DNA of 64,000 bases, from assembly GCA_010405405.1 (NCBI GenBank), contig MU004235.1, positions 1,316,538 to 1,380,537 on the forward strand, read 5' to 3'. Under the pieces are notes generated by a model. The model did no database searches, was not told where the DNA came from, and was given only the letters and a program-made list of their open reading frames with translations. Below, piece by piece: positions 49,641 through 63,635 of this stretch. A program made the position numbers and the translations under genes. The DNA is from Microthyrium microscopicum (Eukaryota). Numbering within the stretch: the stretch's first letter is position 1; the number at the start of each line of letters is the position of its first letter.

Positions 49641-51330
49641 TTTGAGTCCAAGTGAGCGATTGGTAATGGCAACAGATAGTCTTGGCCTGCTGCTCCATAT
49701 CGAGAGGTGCTGGCGGGTATGTTATAAGATCTAATATGTAATATATGAGAGACGCACCAACCCACGGAAAACGCGGGGAGATGACCTATTGTCAGATCGC
49801 TATCATTACAGGGCCTGTGGAGATTGCACGAGAGCTCTATAAGTTCTTGCTACCGATTCACTCGTAAGCTTGTAGAAATTCTCTCAACTATAGAAGGTGA
49901 GCGCACCTCATTCACATATGATGGACTGGCAAAGCTGTGATGACTACCAGACACGCGATGTGGTGAACCTCGCTCTTTCTCTGAAACTGCATTTGACAAG
50001 ATGATCTGCGCAGGGTTAAAGTGCTTATTGCATAGCTAGCTATCGAACCCTGTGAACGTGATTTCTAGAAATTCTATCGCTTGGATAGGGCGAGGAGATC
50101 GTGTCCATCATAACAAGCCAAGTTAGCGAAGATGATTCCTGTCCATTTACAAGCATTATAGATCGACCACGCGGCTCTTCTTCTTAGTTAGTGCTTTGAC
50201 CAGAGTCTGGTGAGACTTTGACCAATTCCAGGAGTCTGGCCAAATATAGCGACAATGAGATATCGGTGAACTTGGGCCGCTAATTGAGGTTTCAAGGTCT
50301 CTTTTCCCATCGCGTGTTGCAGCCGTGAATTCCCACTATGGGCCCCTGCGCAGTTGCGAAGATCTCTCACACATCTAGTAGAGGTTGAGTGGTGCTCCAG
50401 AAGCCCTCATTTTTTGTTTTGAAATTGGGGTGGCAGGGCATCGACGCGCAGCTACCTCTCGAAGCCTTCAGACTGCTAGGAACAGCATCAAGCTCCAGTG
50501 TAAGGATCGCGTTTAGTCAACTTGCAAAAACAAGTTACTGCCTGTATCGCAGTGGATAAGTACGATATAACATGATGACACTTACGATGGTAGAGATGAA
50601 AGCTGACTATTCTCGTGAATGTTTGTCTGAACCTCACGGGAGTCACAAACTATTTGATAAGTTTATGCTTCTTGAAAAGATTCTATTTAGTCTCCCCTTG
50701 AGTTTCAACCCGCAACCTTGGAAGCAAAGCAATTGACGGTCAAATATCTGGGTGACAACTTTCATGAGAAAAGGAAAAGGAAGAGAAAAGTCGCGGTGGC
50801 AGAAATTATTAAAACTTGGTGCTGTAGCTTGCCAAGGCGCTAGCCCACTATAGGACTAACGTAACTGATCTCATATGATGCCTCAGACTGCAGGCTCCAA
50901 GGCGCCGACAACTGTTTCCACGGCCATTTCCATGAACAGCGTGTCCGGACAACGTGTAACAAGCTCTTACAGGTCTCGTTTCTTTCCACAAGTGCTAGAA
51001 ACCATGGTGAAGCGGTTGGATGAACCCCCACGCGCCGTCGCGCGCTGTGCTCACTGTGAACCTGCACCCATCACGCCTTGTGACGTTGTGAGTCAATTCT
51101 GGGCTTCTTTGGGGTGAACGCGATGCCAGTAACTGTCTTCACAAACGATATATATCTCGTTGAATCTTAGGCCAACCTTTTCATTTTGGTCTTGATCGGG
51201 CTTGTACAACCTCTGATATCTGCGACAACGGGCCGAAATCGTTGTGTAATCCGCTTAGCGTCGGCTGACTGTACGAAAAAAGCTTGACGGAAGAGCAAGA
51301 AGAATCGAGACGACGTCAAGGGACGAAGGA

Positions 51331-52419
51331 ATGCCAAAACCAATTGTTCTCCATCTTGGAGACGACATCCGGTGGAACCATGGCCTATACCAGGAACTCC
51401 AGCAGAGCTTTGATATCGTTAGAAGCTATAGCATGAAACGACCAGAGTTCATTGAGGCATTAAAGTCGAAGAAGTTTGGAGACTTTAATGCCATATACCG
51501 ACCATTCTGGAACACAGGTGGTGAAATGGGACCATTCAATGACGAGCTCATGTAATACGACTTATACCAGATGTATTGGATCAGAAAGCTGACAATTCTC
51601 AGATCGCTACTCCCTTCTTCGTGCAAAATATATGCGAGCGCTGGTGCTGGTTTCGACTGGGTAGACACTGTGAGGCTGGCAAAGAACAACATCATATACT
51701 GCAATTCGGCCGACGCATGCACCGAGTCGGCTGCAGATGCCGCGCTCTATCTCATTCTCAACACCTTTCGACGATTCACACAGTCTGCTTTGGCTGCGCG
51801 ATCACTAGACCCCGAACAGTTCAGAGTTGCCACAAGTTCCATTCCAGCGATGACACATAACCCAGCTGGTCATGTCCTAGGAGTTATTGGCATGGGTCGC
51901 ATCGGACTGCGAGTGGCTCAGAAGGCATATGCTGCATTTGGCATGAAGATCCTCTACTACGACGTGGTTAGGAAGCCGTCCAAACTTGAGGAAGAGATCA
52001 AAGCGACTTTCGTCAATACTCTGGATGAACTTCTAGCCATGTCTGACTGTACACTTCTTGCAACTCCTTATGTAGGAGACATTCTCGTCAAGCGAGAACA
52101 CTTCCTGAAGATGAAGGAGGGTAGTCGATTCGTCAATATTGCACGGGGAAAGCTAGTAGATGAAGACGGTTTGATTGCTGCCTTGGAAAGCAACCACCTC
52201 TTCGCTGCGGGTTTAGATGTTCATTTCGATGAGCCTCATGTCAATCCAAAATTGGCTCACATGATAAATGTGGAAGTCCAGTGCCATATCGGAGGTGGAT
52301 CGTTGGAATCTCATATGGGATTCGAGAAACTGGGCATGGAGAACATAATGTCTTTCTTCAAGACTGGACAACCGATTAGTCCCGTTAATATGCATTTGAT
52401 CGATCAGTCCAAACTATAA
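51331..52419 (+). CDS. D-isomer-specific 2-hydroxyacid dehydrogenase (D-mandelate dehydrogenase-like)
   Basis: ASAGAGFDWVD, GVIGMGRIG, VNIARG, GLDVHFDEP, HIGG; one intron ~51552-51603. Confidence 0.92.
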
Positions 52420-53029
52420 CTTTCTGGCTCGAAGAATTGGCACGAGTGGTTCAGGGTCAGGCATTAGGAGGATATACCCTTAGGAGTTAAAGTCGATTAC
52501 ATTCACAGTCATGTTCATAGTACATTTAGAGTCAAATGAGGCCACTTGTAGGTGTAGAATTCCGACGGAATGGCAAGTATAATATAGTTGAGATCTCTCA
52601 TGAAGAACGGAATAGCTTCGAACGCGAATATCGCACCCTAGCCTTTGAATCGTAAGTTGTCTCCAACCATATCCAGGCTTTGAAGAGCCAGTTTCGAACG
52701 CCAGCTTATATATTTTAGCCAGTCCGAGCCTTTCCGCCACCATCTTTTCAGCATTCCACTGAATCATGAGCGCATAATATAAAAACCATTCGGTCTCTTC
52801 ACGTTCTCCGGGCACATAATAGTTCCAATGTCGTACTCCGATTGCGAAGTTGCGAGATAGACTTGGTGTTGGAGAAACATCAGGCTAGTATCACTTTGGG
52901 ACTAGCGCATCGCGAACTTTAACTCCTTCCAGCATTGTCTAGTTCTCTGACATCCAAAACAACAATCTACACTTCTTGCCAGCTCTTTGACCTACCTACT
53001 GCTATTGATCGGCTCCCAATAAGCTTGCA

Positions 53030-54270
53030 ATGATGCTCGTCTCATTAACGGTCGGCAAAGTCGACGCCGGCATGGCCGTCCTACTCACAGACGACAAGCG
53101 CATCGTGCGTTCTATTTATACCCCTTGATATAGCACCAGCTAACCTGATATCAGATAGAATTTCCATCCATCCTGCTACCCTCTAACATAACCACCGGCT
53201 CCATAGTTGACATCACAGTTGCCCGCAACCATAAAACCGAAGACTCCGTCACCAAGTCCTTCTCCGCCCTACAATCCAATATCCTGCAAACATTTGGCTC
53301 GCGCGCTCCTACACCACCCACCCTGCGCTGCCGCAATGCTACCCAGACCGCCGTCGTCCTTGAATGGGACACCATCGATCTCGCGACAGCTGATCTGCGC
53401 TCTCTATCACTCTTCCGCAATGGCTCGAAAGCAGGCACCATCCCACGTCCCACTGAACTCACCGCCACGAAAATCTCCGGTCTTGCCGTTGACACTGACT
53501 ATACTTTCCACCTCGTGCTCCGGACTTCCGCCGGCACATTCTCCTCGCCGCACCTGACCGTCCGCACCCATAAAATGGAAGATCTCACCGGCATCACCGT
53601 AACCCCAGGCATAATGCCCGGCAGTCTACGCACCTCCCTCGCCGAGACCCTTGATCGCATCGGCGGGAAACTAAGCGAGACCGTCCGTATAGACACCACG
53701 CACTTTATTTGCACAGAACCGCGCGGGGCTGCATGGGAACGTGCACGTGAAATGAACATCCCCGTCGTCGTTCCCGACTGGTTGCTAGGCTGTGAAAGCG
53801 AGCAGCGCATCATCGGCGTAAGACAGTACTATCTGGACGCAGACCCACGGCTGCGGCAAGTCGGACCAAGCGTCGTCACGAATCAAACTCAGGGGCAGAA
53901 ATCGCCAGAGGGTGAAAGGCCACGGACGCCATTGGGCACGCCGAGTACGAAGATTACGCCGCCGACGCCAGAGCAGCCGCATGCGCCGGAGGTGCCACCC
54001 AAGGATACACCACCGATGCGTAATGGGGGCATTGCAGAGGAGGATGAGGACAAGTCGGAGGCGGAAGACAAGGAGAGGAAGACTAGTGGAGTGTCGCGTG
54101 AGGCGGATGATGAGGATGAGGACGATGATGATGTCTCGTCGGCTGATGTGAAGAGTCCGACGAGCGAGGCTGGTGGGCAAAAGGTGGATTTGCCGGTAAG
54201 AGGGAAGCCAGTGACCCTGGAGGAGGAGAAAGAAGAGAAGGATACAAGCTTCCAAGACGTGGCATTATGA
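53030..54270 (+). CDS. CHS5: Exomer core subunit Chs5 (FN3 + BRCT)
   Basis: MLVSLTVGKVDAGMAVLLTDDKRI|IEFPSILLP (intron 53105-53155), LRCRNATQT, IDTTHFICT, NIPVVVPDW. Confidence 0.95.
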
Positions 54271-55307
54271 TAACCTCGAAAAGCGTTGAGAGTTTGGTGA
54301 GCATGGCGTTGTGTGAGGATATGTAGCTTATTTCGTATCTATGCATGGTACGATCTATCATGGTCATATATTTTGAACTACTAGGCTAGAGTGGTTATTG
54401 GACGATGATGCCGCTTCCCCTGTTAGGAGCTTGCCGCTTCTTTTGCTCTGAAATATTATTGCGAGGCCAAACATGTCACGTATAGAAGAGGTCAAAAGGT
54501 GTTGAATCGCCAACATTCATGCCATTCAAGTTATCCACAGTTTAAGCGTTTACAAGGTCTATGTTACACCCTCCGCTCCTATCCATCATTCATCAAGCAG
54601 GCCAGCAAGCCTCTATGGAGCGATGAAGAACAAAAAATTAGAATCGACGTACAAGAAAAGTGGGGTTGAGAAAGAAGAAAAGGGTAGGATATCTATGCCG
54701 GAAGCAATGGAAGTATTCATCGCTTCTAGCCAATTGACCATTCAAGGGTGACAAGATGCTTTTTGCGGTATTTAGACCATGCCAGTAAGATGTTTGGTTG
54801 TGGGATTTTAGCATTCGTCATGTTGAGCCAGGCGAACGCGTACCAAGTGCCGTGAGAGTAATGCATGAGGGGGAGACAGTGAAAAAAGAAGGAGGGTATC
54901 AAACATGAAACGACAGAAGTAACTGCTCGATATTGGCTTCGTGAGATGGCTTGATAAGTGAGACAAGTGCCGACCCGATTTTGTATGCCTAACCACAAGA
55001 TAAAGGAGATGTAATGCTGAATTCGTAGAAAGCGCTTCATGAATGATCAGTCTTCGGTTGAAAAAGCCTCATTTCGCTTTTGGTGCCGATTCAGAAGGTT
55101 GACAGTTTGTCAAAAAGCCTCATCTTCGGTTCGTCGGCCTGCAGCGATTTATGCTCTGCCTCGCTCAAATTCACTTCCTTGAGTAATCGTCGAGCCTTCT
55201 TTCGATTGATCGACGGGGTTGCGGAGCGAGAAAGTCGTCCCCTTCTTCATGTATTAGCCAAAGCAAATCAATGGCATAATATTAATGTTGTTCGTTGCAG
55301 TCTTTCA

Positions 55308-57943
55308 TCACCTAGCAAACACTTTGACGACGCCATCCCCACCCGCCGAAACAACGAATCGCCCGTCCTGGCTCCAGACAACGCTGCATACACCTTCGCC
55401 ACGCATAACTCGATGGCTAGTGATCTCCTGTGTGCATATGCGCTTTTCAAGTGACCAAAATCGAATGCTAGCGTCGTGACCTGCGGATACTGCTTCTCGG
55501 CCATCTTTGCTCAGGGAGAGAGAAGAGATTGCAGAAGTGTGAGCGAGCATGTTGTAAGTACATTGTCCTGGTAATATATTAGTGACACTATATTGAAAAA
55601 CGATTGAATATCATACCGCTGTTGGCGTCGAAGAACCGGATAAACTGATCTTCGTGGCCGCTAATTATCACGCCTTCTACACCTCCGTGAGACATTGAGC
55701 CTGTTGGGCCACCAACGTTATCATCTTCTCCGAGACCTCGGCCAATATCAGACATTGACCCTTCTAGGCCCAAAGAAGTAGCAACGACAGCATTCACTCC
55801 AGTTGCTGGAGTTCCGTCATAGGTTTCATTGCTGGCCATCCCAATAATCTCTTCTCCTGTTCGGGTATCATAGATTAAGATCGAAGAGTCGTTATAAGCA
55901 ACCACAAAGTTCTCTCCTGTGGAAGACAGAGGGCTGATGGAAGTTGGAGAAGCCGACCCAGGCCGTTCAATAGAGTGGATGAGTGAGTAGTGGAAGGGAG
56001 TTGTGGTAGCAATGCTCGGTTGTGGGGAAGACGGGTAGTTTGAGCCAGATGTCACAGAATGTCTTCTGCTTCCTCCAACTCCGCGTCTTGATCCTGCTTG
56101 AGGTGATGCAAGTTGCGGGGGTGCACTGACAGCCCATATTTTGACCGTTCCATCGGCTGAGCCAGAAGCTATGAGAATCCGGTCAGATCCAAAATCAGAG
56201 CCGTCAGAGCCAAAAATTGCTTGGCAACTGCCTGGTAGTACACATATAGACCAAACGGCATCCGTGTGCCCGTGTAACGTCGCTTTTGGGTCCACACGGC
56301 CTCGTTCCCAAACTCGAATAGTAGAATCTTGACCGCCAGAGAATATCCAGCCGTCGCCAGAAGCACGGCCGCCCGTTGCAAAGTTTGCAGTAGCTGGTGC
56401 TGCAGCTAGAGAGGTCACGACTCCATCATGTCCTCTGTGAGTAAAAAAGCTTTGAATGTCTAGATCAGTAGCTGATCCGTGTGGTCCAAAATTGCTATAA
56501 CTGGCAGGGATTATCCATCGCTTGATCATCCCATCATCACCAGAGCTGCAGATTTCTGGTTCTGAGGGGCTTCCCCCTCCAGTGAAGATCACAGATCGTA
56601 CTACGTCAAGGTGACCCCGTAGCGCAAACCGAACTTTGAACTCAGTGGGTTCGGATTTCGCAAGTTGGCTAGTAATCTCTTTGGCATCCGGTTCTTGACT
56701 TCGCCTTCGAGCCATACCACCAGAGCCCGAGCTTCGTCTACGGTGCGGTGCGGCATTGGTTCGTGGTGGTGACCGTACCGGAATGCTATTAGCACTAGGA
56801 AACTGGTCTTTGTCTGGCCGAGTCGTTTGTTGCGGATCGGATGGTTCGTCGTTAACTACCGGTACATCTCCGAAAACGAATGCTTCTCGGCTGTCTTCTT
56901 TGGACATTTGCGGATGCCCTGAATACCCTTGGTAAGGATTCATTAGCTTTTCTTGCGCCTCTTCAAGACGTTGAAAGTTGTTTGCGTTGTTCTGGTAACC
57001 ATGATCTTGGTTATTAGAATACGCTGCGGAGGATAACAGTGTAGAGTTGGAAAATGGCATCTGGTAAGGCTCACGGCTCATCAATTCAGATTGAGGATGA
57101 TGCTGGACAGGCATACTCCGGTTTTGATCTTGGTCATTATTAAATTGTTGGTGATGATTCTGCTGCTGGACATGCAGAGGATTTGTCTGGTGCTGAGCTT
57201 TTTGGCGCTGCATAAAAAGCTCCTCCATTGTCATTTGAGGAGGACCGTCCTGATTGAGGTATGAAGAAGAATTGCCCATTTGCTGCGGTGGCTGAAGAGG
57301 CGGTGGAGGATGAGAGGGAGGTAATAAAAGGTAGGTAATCTCTTCAACGCATTTGTTGAGGAATTTTCTTGATTTTTCAATCTCGACATTGGACTCTGCA
57401 TCTCTTGCGTTGGGGTCCGAATCGAGGATGGATGTAAACAAAGACTTGCCTGTGTCATAAGGTTAGAGGTGTATATAACTCGATAATAGGTTTGGTACCG
57501 TTCTTAAGCTCCGCTTTCAAGGCAGCTTTGGCCTTTAGATCAATGTCATCCTTGTCATCAGCTGAAGGTTTCTCTCCAGCGTTTGCAGCTTTTGATTTGG
57601 CTCGTTCGTCCACAAGAACTTTTTCAAGCATTTTAACATGCCTTTCCAGTATTTGTGTAGTTCGCTTCAGATGGTTGTTTTCGCCCTGCATTTTCGTGAT
57701 TTTTTGCTTCATTTCGGCGCGTTCAATATCCCAAGCATTTCTCGCTCGCTCATGATTATGCCATTCGATTTGAAGAAAGCGCATGACACCTAAGAAAGGG
57801 GTAATATGTTAGCATTGGTTTCGGCATCAAAAAGAGGGCGCATTGGATCTCGTACCTTGCAAGGTGTACTCGGTTCCGGCAGGGCCATGGTCGCCGGCCG
57901 CAGGACCTCCATTATTCATGGCGACCGGCGATTGCCAGGACAT
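55308..57943 (-). CDS. PRO11: Striatin (STRIPAK scaffold; Pro11/StrA/Far8)
   Basis: [32 protein letters not shown], coiled coil, WD40 repeats ([27 protein letters not shown]), ending [11 protein letters not shown]. Confidence 0.95.
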
Positions 57944-58783
57944 CAATCTCCCAGCTTAGGGATTATTAAAGAAGAGGATCCGCAAGGATATCGTCGACAT
58001 GCGCAAGGGAAAAGTACGGGAGGCAGCGAATTGGGCGGCAATGCGGCGCTTGGAGGAACCGCGGTGGTCAAGCAAAGGGGTAGAGGGGAGTGCAGCTCCA
58101 GAAGAAAAGGGCAAACGGGGAGCTGGAAGAAGAGAATGGAGGGAGTAAGTGAAAAAGGGGTGGAGAAGAGTTGGTGATAGCTGGAAGAGGGGGTATGAAG
58201 ATGACAGGAAGTTGGTTGGAAGTCGCGATGCTCTCCAACGTTGGCGAGTTACTGAATGGGAAGGAGCGACACAAGACACGAACGGCATGTCTTGGCAAAC
58301 CATTTGGTGCCTTGTGGCCTTGGTGCCCTAATATCTCCAACCTCCCAACATTGAACTCAACTTCATCTCATCTCCTACTTATGATAAGTTGATAACTCAA
58401 GATCTAAAGACTTTATGCACTAGCCTATGGCTCTGGTGCGCTCATACATACTCTACTTTGGCATTAGCATTGTGATCCAAATCACCGCTATCGCGCTCAC
58501 ATGAAACATTTTCGGCGTGGTCACTTTTGGCCGCAATCAGGACACAGAATCAAGGGGTCAGTAATATATTTGGTGTCTTGAATGACATACATACTTTCTA
58601 TCTGGCCAGATCTTCAACGAACATAGTATGTACAAATTCAGCGAATCTGCTTGATCAGTTGATAGCCATCAGCAAAAATAGTGTGATCACAAGAAAACGA
58701 AGAGACAAGTTTTGGGCAAAAATATTGATTGAAAACATGCAGGGGCATCTTTCTTTGGTGCAAAGTACAAAGGAAAACGCTAA

Positions 58784-58833
58784 TAATGAATGGACGTGAT
58801 CACTCTACTAATGAATGGACGTGATCATTCTAC
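58784..58833. repeat. 25-bp tandem duplication
   Basis: taatgaatggacgtgatcactctac followed by taatgaatggacgtgatcattctac. Confidence 0.8.
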
Positions 58834-58878
58834 TAGGGGAGCATCACAATGAAATCAGGACCAAGAAGATTTGACACT

Positions 58879-59844
58879 CTATGCCAGGTAGAAGCCAGGC
58901 ATGCGTGTCATCTCATGACACCAACAGGGGCATCGGCGACCATCTTCCTTGTAGCCAGAGCAGCCCTCTGGGCATTGAAATGTCCGGCAGTGGTTACGCT
59001 GCATTGCTATGACGGTAGGATTTGACATAGCTGCAATGCGTGAGGCCTGAACCTCGTTCCAGTGCTGCTCGGATACACCACTGCCAGCGCGGTAGCCTTC
59101 GCGACGACCAGTCTGAACGAATGGCGCAGGTCCAGGATAACCACCAGCAGCAGCGGCACTATGTTGGGTTGGATAGCCAGGGTAGCCAGGAGCGGCTCCA
59201 GCTGGTGGACCATATTGGCCAGCATTGGGAGGATAGCCTGGATAGCCTGGGGCAGCGCCAGCAGGAGGACCATACTGGCCAGCGTTTGGAGGATAGCCGG
59301 GCATCGCACCGCCATAGTTGGCAGGAGGATAACCAGGCATGGCACCGCCGTAAGCACCGCCCTGGTTGGTTGGCGGAAGTAATGGGGCTTCAGCCGTGTT
59401 CATGCCATATAATCCAGCGACTCCCGTTGCTGCATTGCCCTCACGTCGAGATGGTTGGCGTTGAGGAGCGGCGGGAGGTGGAACATAGGTTGGCACCCGG
59501 GTTGGTTGGCGAGGTGCCTGCTGTTGAGGTGCCTGCTGTTGAGGTGCCTGCTGTGGGTAAGCAGAGGGTGGTGGAACGTATGTTGGCACCCGAGTTGGTT
59601 GGCGAGGTGCCTGCTGAGGGGCGGCAACGGGTGCCGGAACGTATGTTGGCTGGCGAGGTTGTGGACGTTGTCCACTGCCAGCCATGGTAGCCGTAGCTCG
59701 TCCCCAATTTGGGGGAGGAGGCTGGCTATAGCCTGGAGGACCTTGTGGAGGACCACCACCTAGAGCTTGTCCAGCACCAGCGAAGTTGTTGCGAGGAGGA
59801 GGAGGAGTTTCGTCGCCTTGACCGTGAACATTAGCGGGAGCCAT
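58879..59844 (-). CDS. Pro/Gly/Gln/Tyr-rich repeat protein with C-terminal Cys/His cluster
   Basis: ATG 59844 (MAPANVHG). Internal repeats QAPRQPTRVPTYVPPP and GYPPNAGQYGPPAGAAPGYP; tail HCRTFQCPEGCSGY...CPCWCH. Confidence 0.75.
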   Translation of the reverse strand: MAPANVHGQGDETPPPPRNNFAGAGQALGGGPPQGPPGYSQPPPPNWGRATATMAGSGQRPQPRQPTYVPAPVAAPQQAPRQPTRVPTYVPPPSAYPQQAPQQQAPQQQAPRQPTRVPTYVPPPAAPQRQPSRREGNAATGVAGLYGMNTAEAPLLPPTNQGGAYGGAMPGYPPANYGGAMPGYPPNAGQYGPPAGAAPGYPGYPPNAGQYGPPAGAAPGYPGYPTQHSAAAAGGYPGPAPFVQTGRREGYRAGSGVSEQHWNEVQASRIAAMSNPTVIAMQRNHCRTFQCPEGCSGYKEDGRRCPCWCHEMTRMPGFYLA

Positions 59845-61238
59845 TGTAGATAGAGAGAAACGTGGTGTTGGGGTTGATTGTGGTTGTGCTTGCGCGCTTA
59901 AATTTGTTTGTAAGGCGGGTGGTTGCGAGCACAGTTGGAAATGGTATGAGGAAAGAAGAAGCCTAAGACGGCAACTGGAAGCGTATAAATTGATTTCATT
60001 ATTCGAAGCGGCTCGAGTGGACAAAGGAAAAGTGACGGAAAGATGCTTTTGTTACTCTCCATCATCGTAATTATTGTATAAATACTTAGGTAGACGTATA
60101 GATCTTTCACCTTTGTAAGTGAACATGTCAACAAAGCTATTGTCCAAAGACTTGAAAGCCATTGCTTAGAGGAAACTCTTCCTTATAAAGGGGTTTCGAC
60201 AAGAAGATAGTCTATTCGAAGACATTGTTTACGTCAAAGACATGGCCTACACAAAGAAATATCTGTATCAAAGAAACATTCTGATGGATACCGGCGAAGG
60301 TGACAATCTTTGTTCCGCGCAACGTGCAAATGGTCGGTAAATAATATCTAGCATATGGTGGTAAGAGGTCAGGAGACATGCTCCCTAGATACTGCCTCTG
60401 GATCATAAAACAACAAGATTTTCAGGATTGCCACGCTGTTGACGTGATGAAAAAGTGGCTTTAACAGACTTTTGAAGCTTAGATATTGCGTTGACATGGT
60501 AAAAGTGCTTTCTATATGATTGAACATGCTCTTTGCTGAATGACAGTATCTAGGGATAATTACTTGTCTCCCCTATCATATGTCATAGTAGTCCTGATTG
60601 TTGAAACAGTTGCGAGTACCACTATGTCAATTTTGTTGTAGACCAGATTAAGAATGGCCAATTTGATCATTTCTCTCACCATTCATTCAACGAAATGTAA
60701 TATTTTCCAAACCTTACAAAGTTAATCAGTACCTAGATTACCCTCCGGGTCGATGCTTGTCACGATTACGTCCCATGGGCGTCAGAATGGCGTAGGAGTT
60801 TTACCACATCCACAGGGAATATACATGGCGGGAATCTGACGGCCACAGTCAAAGACCGCAATAGGCTGGTAGCACATCTTGGTTATTTGGAACTTTGATC
60901 CTGGTAAGAACGTTAGAACGTTACTAAGTGCATTTAGTTACTACTTGGTGGTAAGTTTGAGAAGAAGATAGGGGGTCTAGTGTCTACCAGTGCACCGATA
61001 TGTAGGATGTGAAGATGCTGTATTGCGTACTGACTACTGAAATTGTTTATGATTCAGGATGAAAAGATTGTCGATGCAGTGTTTTTGTAGGGCTAGATAC
61101 AGCATACTGACGCATGTTGGTTGTAGTATATGCGACGTCAAAGCTGGTCGTAACGATTGTGTGTATTCATCATTCAGTTGACTGCCAATTGCAATGGGTA
61201 GGCCAGCAGTTACTGAAAGATCACGTAGCCTGTAGCGC

Positions 61239-61450
61239 CAACGGCATGGCAAAATAAATGGCGTACTCCCATCAACTCTGATGGAGCCCAGAGGCTACAG
61301 TCTGTTATCGAGTGCTTTATTTGCCATCAAGGGCGTTCGGCTGGGAGTATTTATCAGATACGATGGGAATCAAAGCACCTTTTAGTTAGCAGCGCTGGTG
61401 GTAACCATCAGTGTTGATGGGAGTACGCCATTTATTTTGCCATGCCGTTG
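61239..61450. mobile_element. MITE, CAAC...GTTG family, 212 bp, best-preserved copy
   Basis: Perfect 38-bp TIR caacggcatggcaaaataaatggcgtactcccatcaac (46 bp with one mismatch), with TSD agcgc (61234-38, 61451-55). Confidence 0.92.
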
Positions 61451-63635
61451 AGCGCCTCCAGATTTGAAGCTATAAAACTCCCCGGTGCCAAATCACTCCT
61501 CTTGACCGCATTCGATGAAAATAATTGTTTTCAGGAGTGTTAATTCGGATTCCAATTTTATGCGATCGAATTTCAGAGTGGCTAGGTATATTCCCATAAT
61601 ACATACAGTAATGTGAAGAATATGACCTGCTGGCAACCTAAGTTACCTAATAAACTTCAAAGGCTTCTGAGAAAAACCTCTCCAGTCGAAACTGTGCGCT
61701 CCTAGATCTTCTATGAATCATGATCAAATCAAGTCTGAGTCCTGACCCTTGTTATGAGGAGCTCTCCAAGCTTAAACCAACCTACTCTCGTTTTATAGAC
61801 TTACCTTCATCACTGAAACAAAGAAAATAGAAGACGTACCTGCGTCAATTTGGCGTCCAAGGCTGTGAGTTAATGGTATCTTATAGTTTTTGGATATTTT
61901 TCATAGAAAGCTGTACGAAGACGAGCACAAAGCTGTTTGGAGATTTCGAATATGATATTTTTCCTTTGATGCAATGGCACTACTTTGATGCTGGAATGTA
62001 ATTGCCTCAAATTATACCTTTTGTTCTTGAACCTATTTCGAGGACGACCTTCCAGCTATAGTCGACATGACTGGAAGGTTCGCAGGGCTTTTGTAAAACG
62101 AGTACGTTGCTGATATTTGGAATTCATCCCCAATTCATACACGCGGGTATTGTAAGCAAGACTCCACTACAGCACGACTACCTCTTGATTAGCTCTATCA
62201 GACCCGTTTACTAACACAAATCAATAGACCTATACCCAGATCTTAAGGTGTACTTGTTTCCCAGCAGTCATTTTCTCGATTTCTAAAAGAGCGAGAGAGT
62301 GATGACGGTCTGACCGGCTGTGTCCCACTGCTAATACAAACCAAAAAAATCTCAAGTTCAGTACTTGCTCAATTCTTCTCAGCCCAGTTGTGAAGCTTTC
62401 AAAGGCATGGTTCTAGGTCAGGCTACCTCTAATGTCTTCACATAATGATTCCAAAGTAGTATTCAACGGACTAACGCTTGCTTATGTGCCCCTATCAATT
62501 CCTATACTTCTAATCAGCACTTCTAAACATAAGACGCCATATTTCTTGTTGCAACCAATGAATGGTCAAGTAATCAACACCATCTTTGGGAGCCACGTAG
62601 CTTGATATGGAGCACGTCAATTATCCTGTCCAGTATTTGACACTGGGCATCCAATAGAAGTAGATCTCCAATTTCATAGAACTTTTTGCTCAAGCAAAGC
62701 TCACAGGCTCACAGGCTCAGGGTCCACTTGCATTTCGTACTTTCATGTGAGCTGTTTCCTGGAAGATTCGTCGTTGAAAGCCTACAAATCCAGCAACCAA
62801 GTCCCCGGATCTCCCGTGCCAACCATTCAAAAAGCAAAGAAATTTCCGAGACATGGCTGGAGCCAGCCCATTGGCCAGTCTCCACCAACGGAATCCTGCG
62901 GAGATCCACCAATTTCTCTTTGGCCGGTTACTTGGCCGTTAATCCAGCAGTTACGGATCATGACTGGTCAAGAAACGGTTCATTTGTCTGCAGGAGACAG
63001 AAGTGACTGAAGAAAAGCGGTTGCCTTCAGAGGCCTCCGGTCAGCATGCATGATTGGTTGTAGGCTTGATTGGTTGTTTAGCTGTCAGCCTTGGAATTAC
63101 TTCACATGCAGTATTGCAGCAGCTAGGCAGGCCCGATAGTGGAGGATATTTGGAACCTGCAGATGTCGTTGCTTCCAGTACATCGTACAGACCCTGGAAT
63201 TGTCAAAGAAATGGAAGGCAAATGTGGGTTAAGATGGCTGCACTGCAGGTCAGGGGAGCAATGTCTCAAAACAAACTGACCAACCGGAAGTTACAGACGA
63301 CTTTCTTCAGCACAGCATCATCAAAACGAGATGCTGTCCCAAGCACATGGATGATTGCCCTTCAGGTCATGAGATGCTTCGAAAAGGATTACCTACCAGA
63401 GAACTTTGCGCGTGCAAAGATTAGTAACTGGAGTCTGACATGCCATAACGCTCTAGGTCGCAATTTAGAGTCAAAGTATGAAGGCACTGAGAAAACCGAA
63501 TTGCACAACGTCAGTTTGCCTACTTTTCCCTAAAAAAGGTAGTGATATCTCGATGCTGTGCCTCCCAGCAGACTAGGATGTCATAAGGCAACGTGATGAC
63601 CTTGCCTTCTTGGTGAAAACTTGCAGGACCGCTAC

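Noticed and set aside
61500..63550. Coding-like fragments and splice-like signals
   Set aside because: Could not assemble a coherent gene model or identify a family.
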